In this document: positions 39,663 to 46,594 of the stretch, one piece after another
How the letters are laid out: the number at the start of each line of letters is the position of its first letter
How positions within the stretch are numbered: position 1 is the first letter of the stretch
Assembly: GCA_964625855.1 (NCBI GenBank)
Contig: CAZVFC010000001.1
Location: 201,756-265,755 of the forward strand
Source: an uncultured Verrucomicrobiota bacterium
Lineage (GTDB): Bacteria > Verrucomicrobiota > Verrucomicrobiia > Limisphaerales > UBA8199
Direction of reading: 5' to 3'
Length of the DNA: 64,000 nt
Program-made: the position numbers and the translations under genes
The notes under the pieces: model-generated
Database searches by the model: none
What the model was told of the DNA's origin: nothing
Seen by the model: only the letters and a program-made list of their open reading frames with translations

Positions 39663-41708
39663 ATGCAACCAAAACGCAAACCTCAGAAGTGGATTATCGC
39701 AGCCATAACCGGCTTGGCTCTGGCCGCCTCAAGCAGCTTGAGCACGGCCGCAGACATCACATACTCCTTTGACGCCGACGCCCAAGGCTGGTACGCGGCC
39801 GATGGCCACGGCACCGTGGTCTGGGACAACACGGTCGGCCGAGGGGGCCTCGGCTGCCTCAAATGCACCATAGTCTCGGATGGCACTACCGGTGATACCG
39901 AAATTGACCCGCGCGTGGATGTCGCCTACAACACCCTCGGCTACTTCAGCGTCGAGTATGACATGATGGTTGACGCTGCTTCGGGAACGGATGCCGCCGG
40001 GAGCTACGGCAACCTGCAAATGGTTGATTGGGACGCCGGGTGGAACTGGCACAGTCAGTGGTATGGCAGCCTGGGCGGGCCAACGGGCAAGTTCACCAAC
40101 TGGGTGCATGTAACCCAGTCCTTCACGGCAACTTACGGCGACAGGGTCCGCCTGCAGTTCCAGATTGCCGCCAGCGCCGCTCCTTACAGCACCAACGTTA
40201 TCATCTACATTGACAACGTCGTGATCCGCGACGGCACGCCTCCGACCAAGGCCGTCCTGTATGACTTTACGTGGCCCGAGACATGCAAACCCGGCAATAC
40301 GTGGGGAGGCGGGGGCGCCGGAGCTTCTTCCGTGTTCAGCCAGGACACCACCATCGCCACTAACGGCTGCATGAAACAGGTGGCCACCTATGGCCCCACC
40401 AACGTCTGGCAAGATGTCCCGTCCGAACTGCAAGGGCCGGCCTTTGATCCGACCAAGTTTACCTACCTTGATCTTGACCTGTACTTCGATGCGCCAACCG
40501 GTCTGTCGAGCTACGGCTCATACGCGGTGCGCTACTGGTGGTCCTGGGCCACGATCGGCAACATAACCTTGAGCGAGGCCAACATCGGAAAATGGACTCA
40601 CTACAGCTTCCCGCTTCCCGCGGGGACCGCCAACGGCATTGTCCTCCAGCCCGGCGGCGGCAACCTGTCGAATCAGGTTTTCACGTATTACCTTGACAAC
40701 GTCACAATGTGGAGGCCAGCCGAACCGCCTTCCATCAAGAAGGTAGCCAAAGCCACCGGTGCAGGTGGTGTGCAGATCACGATGGACAACGATAGCAGCC
40801 AGTGGCAACGCGAGGCCATCGTCACACCCTCAGGCGGCGGGCCTTACTTCTGGACGAGTCAGGGCGCGTACCCTGTGAGTTATTCTTTCACGATCACCAA
40901 CTTCCCGGATGCCGCAACCCATGGCGGCTTCGAGGCGCACATGTACCTCGTCAACGCCGACACGACCGACGGCCAGACAGGCTGGAACTCGACGTACGGT
41001 GGCTGTGACTGGAACGTCCCCGACATACTCAAGTTTTCGGTCGAAAACGATGCCGCAGGCGGCGCCATCGCCAGGATAAGTTGGAAGACAAATACACCCG
41101 GGGCCAACCCACCGGGTGACGTGGAACATAACCCGGTGGAAGTAAACGGGCCAGACGTGCTCGGAACCTGGACGCTGACGTTCTCGGACGCCACAAGCGG
41201 CACAGTGACTGGGCCCGGCGGAGTCTTGACCAACTTCACGCTGCCGGCAGACGCAGTGGCGAACAGTTTCAGTCCATTGACCGACTATATACAGTTTGGC
41301 ATGTTCAAGAACGACGGTGCCAATGATGGACACAACAACCGGGTCAGCGGCACCTTTAGCCGGGTGCAGCTTGTCAGCATAGGTTGGGGTGCCTTTGACG
41401 ATAGCTTCCCCGGGCCGGATCTGCAAGGCAGCGGCATCTCCTGGCGCAAGACTACCAGCAGCGGCGGAGCCACCGCGGTGCAATATGTGCCGCCGGATAT
41501 CGCCTGGTGGGTGACCTGGTCAACGCCAGACGACGGGTTCCAGGCATGGGGCGCGAACGCTGCAAACGTGCCATTCGTGGATGCGGGGGTCGGGGCGGGC
41601 ATGGGTTACAGCTACACACAGGGTGCCACCAGGATCGGCGCGGTTCCGGCCGCCAACGTTCCTGCGGGCAACGCCGCCTTCTTCCAACTCAGGAAGCCGG
41701 TGCCGTAA
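39663..41708 (+). CDS. Secreted protein of unknown function (beta-rich, possibly glycan-binding)
   Basis: 681-aa ORF with a signal peptide (IIAAITGLALAASSSLSTAAD) and Gly/Thr/Trp/Asn-rich composition. I see no catalytic motif. Confidence 0.75.
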   Translation: MQPKRKPQKWIIAAITGLALAASSSLSTAADITYSFDADAQGWYAADGHGTVVWDNTVGRGGLGCLKCTIVSDGTTGDTEIDPRVDVAYNTLGYFSVEYDMMVDAASGTDAAGSYGNLQMVDWDAGWNWHSQWYGSLGGPTGKFTNWVHVTQSFTATYGDRVRLQFQIAASAAPYSTNVIIYIDNVVIRDGTPPTKAVLYDFTWPETCKPGNTWGGGGAGASSVFSQDTTIATNGCMKQVATYGPTNVWQDVPSELQGPAFDPTKFTYLDLDLYFDAPTGLSSYGSYAVRYWWSWATIGNITLSEANIGKWTHYSFPLPAGTANGIVLQPGGGNLSNQVFTYYLDNVTMWRPAEPPSIKKVAKATGAGGVQITMDNDSSQWQREAIVTPSGGGPYFWTSQGAYPVSYSFTITNFPDAATHGGFEAHMYLVNADTTDGQTGWNSTYGGCDWNVPDILKFSVENDAAGGAIARISWKTNTPGANPPGDVEHNPVEVNGPDVLGTWTLTFSDATSGTVTGPGGVLTNFTLPADAVANSFSPLTDYIQFGMFKNDGANDGHNNRVSGTFSRVQLVSIGWGAFDDSFPGPDLQGSGISWRKTTSSGGATAVQYVPPDIAWWVTWSTPDDGFQAWGANAANVPFVDAGVGAGMGYSYTQGATRIGAVPAANVPAGNAAFFQLRKPVP

Positions 41709-41735
41709 GGCTTGAATGGCAGATGGGTGTTTATG

Positions 41736-41768
41736 GAGGGCGCCGGATGACCGGCGCCCTCTTTCTTT
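41736..41768 (+). terminator. Rho-independent terminator after 39663..41708
   Basis: An 11-bp GC stem (GAGGGCGCCGG / CCGGCGCCCTC) with loop ATGA, followed by TTTCTTT. Confidence 0.8.
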
Positions 41769-41776
41769 GGACCGCC

Positions 41777-42955
41777 ATGAATCCCCAGGTTGGGTGTGCC
41801 GCACTTGGCCGGCGCACGTCGCTTTCGACCGTGGGCCTGCTGATCTCGGCACTGCTGGCCATGTTTCGGACCTGGGCGGCAGACCCGCAACCAACGGCCC
41901 CCATAGCCACTGACGGAGGCAGGTCCCTCCGCGAAGCCTATGATCGGCTCTTCACCATCGGCGTGGCCTTGGACGGTTACCTGCCGGACAACTACAACGC
42001 GGCTGAACTGGCGTTAATCCGAACGCAATTCTCTGCCCTCACGCCGGCGAATTGCATGAAGATGACTCACCTGCAGCCCGAGCCGGGGCGGTTCAATTTC
42101 CGGATGGCGGATGCTTTCGTGGCCTTCGCGGCTTCTAACCAACTCAAAGTCTGCGGCCATTGCCTCGTGTGGGCGAAGGACGAGCGCACGCCGGAATGGG
42201 TCTTCCGGGACGGCGGAAAGCCCGCCAGCCGCGAACTGTTGCTGGAGCGCATGCAGACGCATATCCAGGCCGTGGCCGGCCGCTACCGGGGCAAGGTCAG
42301 CTCCTGGGATGTCGTCAACGAGGCCCTGGATGATGGCACGAACTTCATCCGGCCCTCGAAGTGGTTCAGTACGCTCGGCGAGGAGTTTATCGTGAAGGCA
42401 TTTGAGTATGCCCGCCAAGCCGAGCCGGAGGCCGTGCTGATTTACAATGATTACAATGTGGAATGGCCGGCCAAACGCGCGAAGCTCCTGCGCCTGCTGC
42501 GCCTGCTCCAGGAACGGCAGGCGCCGATTCAGGCCGTCGGCATTCAGGGCCATTACGAGCTGGATACTGTGCCTTACCAGGACCTTGAGGAGACCATCTC
42601 CGCCATCCAGAGCCTTGGGCTGAAGGTCATCATGACCGAATTCGACCTGGACGCCATCCCCAGAGCCAGGTGGTGGGCGGACGGCGGCAAGCATCGCCCT
42701 GAGCTGGCGCGGCTGAATCCTTACGCCGAGGGCTGCCCGCCCGACGTGCTGCAACGGCAGGCCGAGCAATACGGGAAACTCTTCCACATCTTTCGCCAGC
42801 ACGCCGATGTCATCACGCGCATCACCTTTTGGGACCTGCACGACGGGCGCAGTTGGCTCAATCATTTTCCGTGGGAGCGAGTCAACCACCCCCTCCTCTT
42901 TGACCGGGAGGCCCGCCCCAAACCGGCCTTCGGGGCCGTGTTGCGTGGGGAGTAG
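41777..42955 (+). CDS. Glycoside hydrolase family 10 endo-1,4-beta-xylanase
   Basis: The ORF track starts at 41507, but that part overlaps the upstream gene and the terminator. ATG 41777 (MNPQVGC...LLISALLAMFRTWAADP) gives a signal peptide. GH10 motifs WDVVNEAL and IMTEFDLD are present. Confidence 0.88.
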   Translation: MNPQVGCAALGRRTSLSTVGLLISALLAMFRTWAADPQPTAPIATDGGRSLREAYDRLFTIGVALDGYLPDNYNAAELALIRTQFSALTPANCMKMTHLQPEPGRFNFRMADAFVAFAASNQLKVCGHCLVWAKDERTPEWVFRDGGKPASRELLLERMQTHIQAVAGRYRGKVSSWDVVNEALDDGTNFIRPSKWFSTLGEEFIVKAFEYARQAEPEAVLIYNDYNVEWPAKRAKLLRLLRLLQERQAPIQAVGIQGHYELDTVPYQDLEETISAIQSLGLKVIMTEFDLDAIPRARWWADGGKHRPELARLNPYAEGCPPDVLQRQAEQYGKLFHIFRQHADVITRITFWDLHDGRSWLNHFPWERVNHPLLFDREARPKPAFGAVLRGE

Positions 42956-43004
42956 GGACGGGAAAGGGCCTGCGACGGCGCCTGCGCCCTGGAATCTGGA
43001 CATT

Positions 43005-43104
43005 CTGCATATCCCCTTGGCTCTAGCATCCACTGGATTCGCTAAGGTTTCCGGGCACCGCGTCTCCGAGATTCCGCAGGGGCTAGAGCAAAGGGGATAT
43101 GCAG
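43005..43104. repeat. 100-bp element bounded by 23-bp inverted repeats
   Basis: CTGCATATCCCCTTGGCTCTAGC (43005-43027) and GCTAGAGCAAAGGGGATATGCAG (43082-43104) are reverse complements with one mismatch, separated by a 54-bp spacer. Confidence 0.8.
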
Positions 43105-43142
43105 ATTTGGGCATTTTCCGCGGGGCCGAATCCTGAAATGAT

Positions 43143-43319
43143 GAGATCACTGAGCCCAAGCCTGCGAGTCGCAATCCCAAAGGAATTGAATCACCGAACC
43201 CAGGCTTGTGAGTGGCAATCCCAATGGGATTGAATCACCGAGCCCAGGGTTGCGAGTGGCAATCCCAAAGGGATTGAATCACTGAGCCCAGGCTTGTGAG
43301 TGGCAATCCCAAAGGGATT
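43143..43319. repeat. Array of four contiguous ~44-bp REP-like repeats
   Basis: Units at 43143-43187 (degenerate), 43188-43231, 43232-43275 and 43276-43319. The consensus is GAATCACYGARCCCAGGSTTGYGAGTGGCAATCCCAAWGGGATT. Each holds the hairpin CAATCCC-AAA-GGGATTG. There are no spacers. Confidence 0.9.
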
Positions 43320-43422
43320 GAATCACTCAGCCCAGGGTTGCGCGCGGCGCGCTACCCTGGGTGCGCGATGGATTAGGGCGTCAACCCTGAAAGGGTTGCA
43401 TCGTTTGTCCCTTTCACCGCAG

Positions 43423-43878
43423 TCAATCCCACACATACCGTTCGTCGTATGCAAGTTCATACCGCTTGAGCAATAGCCGGAACTCATCCTGAAATGAAAC
43501 CTTGCGGTGATGCTGCTCCTGCTCGGCGATGTAGCGCCGCACATCCTCAATTTGCGAGGCGCCAATCGAGAACATTCCGTAGCCGTTCTGCCAGCCAAAG
43601 TCCCGCATCCCGGCAACCCGCTCCTTGACCCAAAGCGACGAGCCGCGCTTCACCTCCTTGACCATTTCCGCCGCCGCGCAGGTGCGTGACAGGCTGGCGA
43701 GCAGGTGGACATGATCTTCCACGCCGCCGACGATGATGGGCTGGCAATCCAGGTGCTTGAGAATGCCTCCGAGATAGTGGTGGCATTCTTGCCGCAGCGC
43801 GGCGTCGCGCAGCAAGGGACGGCGGTCTTTGGTGGAGAAGACGGTATGCACGAGAATCCTGGCCAATGATTGCGGCAT
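43423..43878 (-). CDS. tnpA: IS200/IS605-family Y1 (HUH) transposase, REP-associated (RAYT-like), copy 1
   Basis: MPQSLARILVHTVFSTKDRRP...VEDHVHLLASL (HUH)...RRYIAEQEQHHRK (catalytic Tyr region)...DERYVWD. The start is taken at the ATG giving MPQSL, the usual family N-terminus. Confidence 0.9.
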   Translation of the reverse strand: MPQSLARILVHTVFSTKDRRPLLRDAALRQECHHYLGGILKHLDCQPIIVGGVEDHVHLLASLSRTCAAAEMVKEVKRGSSLWVKERVAGMRDFGWQNGYGMFSIGASQIEDVRRYIAEQEQHHRKVSFQDEFRLLLKRYELAYDERYVWD

Positions 43879-44042
43879 GCCGACGAGAATGGATTGGGCG
43901 GCGCGGGGATGCAACCCTTTCAGGGTTGGAGGTATATTGGGGCGCACACACCCAGGGTTGCGCGCGGCGCGCTACCCTGGGTGCGCGATGGATTAGGGCG
44001 TCAACCCTGAAAGGGTTGCATCGTTTGTCCCTTTCACCGCAG

Positions 44043-44498
44043 TCAATCCCACACATACCGTTCGTCGTATGCAAGTTCATACCGCTTGAGCAATAGCCGG
44101 AACTCATCCTGAAATGAAACCTTGCGGTGATGCTGCTCCTGCTCGGCGATGTAGCGCCGCACATCCTCAATTTGCGAGGCGCCAATCGAGAACATTCCGT
44201 AGCCGTTCTGCCAGCCAAAGTCCCGCATCCCGGCAACCCGCTCCTTGACCCAAAGCGACGAGCCGCGCTTCACCTCCTTGACCATTTCCGCCGCCGCGCA
44301 GGTGCGTGACAGGCTGGCGAGCAGGTGGACATGATCTTCCACGCCGCCGACGATGATGGGCTGGCAATCCAGGTGCTTGAGAATGCCTCCGAGATAGTGG
44401 TGGCATTCTTGCCGCAGCGCGGCGTCGCGCAGCAAGGGACGGCGGTCTTTGGTGGAGAAGACGGTATGCACGAGAATCCTGGCCAATGATTGCGGCAT
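44043..44498 (-). CDS. tnpA: IS200/IS605-family Y1 transposase (RAYT-like), copy 2
   Basis: Translation identical to copy 1, offset by +620 bp. Confidence 0.9.
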   Translation of the reverse strand: MPQSLARILVHTVFSTKDRRPLLRDAALRQECHHYLGGILKHLDCQPIIVGGVEDHVHLLASLSRTCAAAEMVKEVKRGSSLWVKERVAGMRDFGWQNGYGMFSIGASQIEDVRRYIAEQEQHHRKVSFQDEFRLLLKRYELAYDERYVWD

Positions 44499-44662
44499 GC
44501 CGACGAGAATGGATTGGGCGGCGCGGGGATGCAACCCTTTCAGGGTTGGAGGTATATTGGGGCGCACACACCCAGGGTTGCGCGCGGCGCGCTACCCTGG
44601 GTGCGCGATGGATTAGGGCGTCAACCCTGAAAGGGTTGCATCGTTTGTCCCTTTCACCGCAG

Positions 44663-45118
44663 TCAATCCCACACATACCGTTCGTCGTATGCAAGTTCAT
44701 ACCGCTTGAGCAATAGCCGGAACTCATCCTGAAATGAAACCTTGCGGTGATGCTGCTCCTGCTCGGCGATGTAGCGCCGCACATCCTCAATTTGCGAGGC
44801 GCCAATCGAGAACATTCCGTAGCCGTTCTGCCAGCCAAAGTCCCGCATCCCGGCAACCCGCTCCTTGACCCAAAGCGACGAGCCGCGCTTCACCTCCTTG
44901 ACCATTTCCGCCGCCGCGCAGGTGCGTGACAGGCTGGCGAGCAGGTGGACATGATCTTCCACGCCGCCGACGATGATGGGCTGGCAATCCAGGTGCTTGA
45001 GAATGCCTCCGAGATAGTGGTGGCATTCTTGCCGCAGCGCGGCGTCGCGCAGCAAGGGACGGCGGTCTTTGGTGGAGAAGACGGTATGCACGAGAATCCT
45101 GGCCAATGATTGCGGCAT
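44663..45118 (-). CDS. tnpA: IS200/IS605-family Y1 transposase (RAYT-like), copy 3
   Basis: Translation identical to copy 1, offset by +1240 bp. The longer track ORF (to 45343) is an artefact of the different upstream flank. Confidence 0.9.
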   Translation of the reverse strand: MPQSLARILVHTVFSTKDRRPLLRDAALRQECHHYLGGILKHLDCQPIIVGGVEDHVHLLASLSRTCAAAEMVKEVKRGSSLWVKERVAGMRDFGWQNGYGMFSIGASQIEDVRRYIAEQEQHHRKVSFQDEFRLLLKRYELAYDERYVWD

Positions 45119-45190
45119 GCCGACGAGAATGGATTGGGCGGCGCGGGGATGCAACCCTTTCAGGGTTGGAGGTATATTGGGGCGCACACA

Positions 45191-45276
45191 CCCAGGGTAG
45201 CGCGCCGCGCGCAACCCTGGGCTGAGTGATGCAACCCCTTGGGGGTTGGGCTGCGTGATGCAAGCCCTTTGGGATA
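45191..45276. repeat. Right-flank inverted GC hairpin plus two REP-like hairpins in the opposite orientation to the left array
   Basis: 45191-45230 is the exact reverse complement of 43322-43361. It is followed by GATGCAACCCCTTGGGGGTTG and a degenerate GATGCAAGCCCTTTGGGAT. Confidence 0.85.
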
Positions 45277-45416
45277 GACGCCATTTCCGTCTGCAAAACG
45301 TCCAAACGCCAGGGCGCCTGCGCCGGCAGTGCCGGCCCAGCAAAATTGATCAGGCGCCGCAGTTTTGCGCGGGGCGGAGGTTCCCTTTAGCCTGAACGTT
45401 TCATGCCTGCAAGAGC

Positions 45417-45477
45417 GGCGCGCGGGCATCTTGCCCGCTTTGCGCGCCCGGACGACCAAAGCGGACAAGATGTCCGC
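45417..45477. repeat. Two short GC hairpins downstream of deoC (terminator-like, no U-tract)
   Basis: GCGGGCA-TCT-TGCCCGC at 45422-45438, with outer GGCGCGC/GCGCGCC pairing, and GCGGACA-AGA-TGTCCGC at 45461-45477. Confidence 0.6.
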
Positions 45478-45520
45478 GCTCCGGTCTGTTGGCGTTTCGT
45501 TCTGGGGAGGAATATCCGGC

Positions 45521-46315
45521 TTAGGATCCTCCTGACCCAATCGCTCCACCCCGGCTGGGGGATGGCACGCCCGCTTTCTCGGCGGCTTCGCGGCGACGGT
45601 ATTCGTCCAACATCGCGGCGGTGGCTGTGGCTCCACAGCGCGAGCAGCCGAGGTCGCGGACCCGAATCAGGCCGTCCAGGTCACGCACACCGCCAGCCGC
45701 CTTTACCTGGACTCTTTCGGACACGCTCGCGCGCATGAGAGCCAGGTCGTGTTCCGTGGCCCCCTTGTAGTTGTAGCTGCCGTCGGGCTGCTTCACGAAT
45801 CCGTAGCCGGTGGAGGTCTTCACCCAATCGGCGCCGGCGCGTTCGCAGAGCTGGCAGAGCTTCTGCTTGAAGTCGTCGCTGCTCAGGCCGGCGCCGCCCT
45901 TCGCGAGGTAGTCGGTCTCCAGGATCACCTTCACCTTCGCGCCGCGACCGTGCGCCTCGTCGCAGACCGCCTTTACGTCGCGTTCGACGTAGTCCCAATC
46001 GCCCGAAAGCGCCTTGCCGAGGTTGATCACCATGTCAATCTCGACCGCGCCATCTTTGCACGCCAGCTCCGTTTCATAACGTTTGGCTTCGGTAATGGAA
46101 TTGCCGTGCGGAAAGCCGATGACGGCGCCGACCCGCACGCCCGTGCCGCGCAGCAAATCGGCGGCTCGTTTGACGGCGTACGGTTTAATGCAGACGGAGG
46201 CCACGCCGTATCGGGCGGCCAGCTTGCACCCGTCCTCCAACTCCTGATCCGCCATGGTCGGATGCAGGAGCGAGTGGTCAATCATCTTGGCGAGCTGTTC
46301 GTAGGTGTATTTCAT
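45521..46315 (-). CDS. deoC: Deoxyribose-phosphate aldolase
   Basis: MKYTYEQLAKMIDHSLLHPT...VCIKP...VKAAGGVRDL (Schiff-base Lys region). The track ORF extends to 46453, but ATG 46315 gives the canonical N-terminus. Confidence 0.88.
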   Translation of the reverse strand: MKYTYEQLAKMIDHSLLHPTMADQELEDGCKLAARYGVASVCIKPYAVKRAADLLRGTGVRVGAVIGFPHGNSITEAKRYETELACKDGAVEIDMVINLGKALSGDWDYVERDVKAVCDEAHGRGAKVKVILETDYLAKGGAGLSSDDFKQKLCQLCERAGADWVKTSTGYGFVKQPDGSYNYKGATEHDLALMRASVSERVQVKAAGGVRDLDGLIRVRDLGCSRCGATATAAMLDEYRRREAAEKAGVPSPSRGGAIGSGGS

Positions 46316-46594
46316 GGTTGGGGTCAAGCTGCTGGCACTGAGTGAATTTGGTGGGGGCGTTGACACCACCACCGCTCTCGGCAGTCGGGACATGCGCGGA
46401 GCGCGGCTGGCCTCAGCCGCAGCACGTGCGATAGCGAGTGGGTTTCGAGACACGGGGGGAAGCCCGCATCGTCGGGGGTGCTGCGGCTGAGGACAGCCGC
46501 GCTCCGGTGGCGGTGTCGGGATGCGCCCATTTGGTGGCGTCCCGGCTGTAGAAACCGATGCATCGGTTCGGTGCGGGGTGATCCGGCTTCCCGG

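Larger units (their letters stand above)
43331..45190 (-). mobile_element. Three identical head-to-tail 620-bp units, each an IS200/RAYT-type Y1-transposase gene with flanking inverted hairpins
   Basis: Units at 43331-43950, 43951-44570 and 44571-45190. The printed sequence lines match at a 620-bp offset, and the ORF-track proteins 43423..43947 and 44043..44567 are identical. Confidence 0.9.

Noticed and set aside
43143-43319. A 44-bp direct-repeat array that at first glance resembles a CRISPR array.
   Set aside because: The units are contiguous with no unique spacers. Each is a REP-like hairpin, no cas genes are nearby, and the context is a Y1-transposase/REP locus.
43547-44856. 229-aa ORFs (43547..44236 and 44167..44856, minus strand) spanning the unit junctions of the tandem array.
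   Set aside because: They are in an alternative frame overlapping tnpA. They are extremely Arg/Pro/Ala-rich with no motifs, and they exist only because the repeat removes stops.
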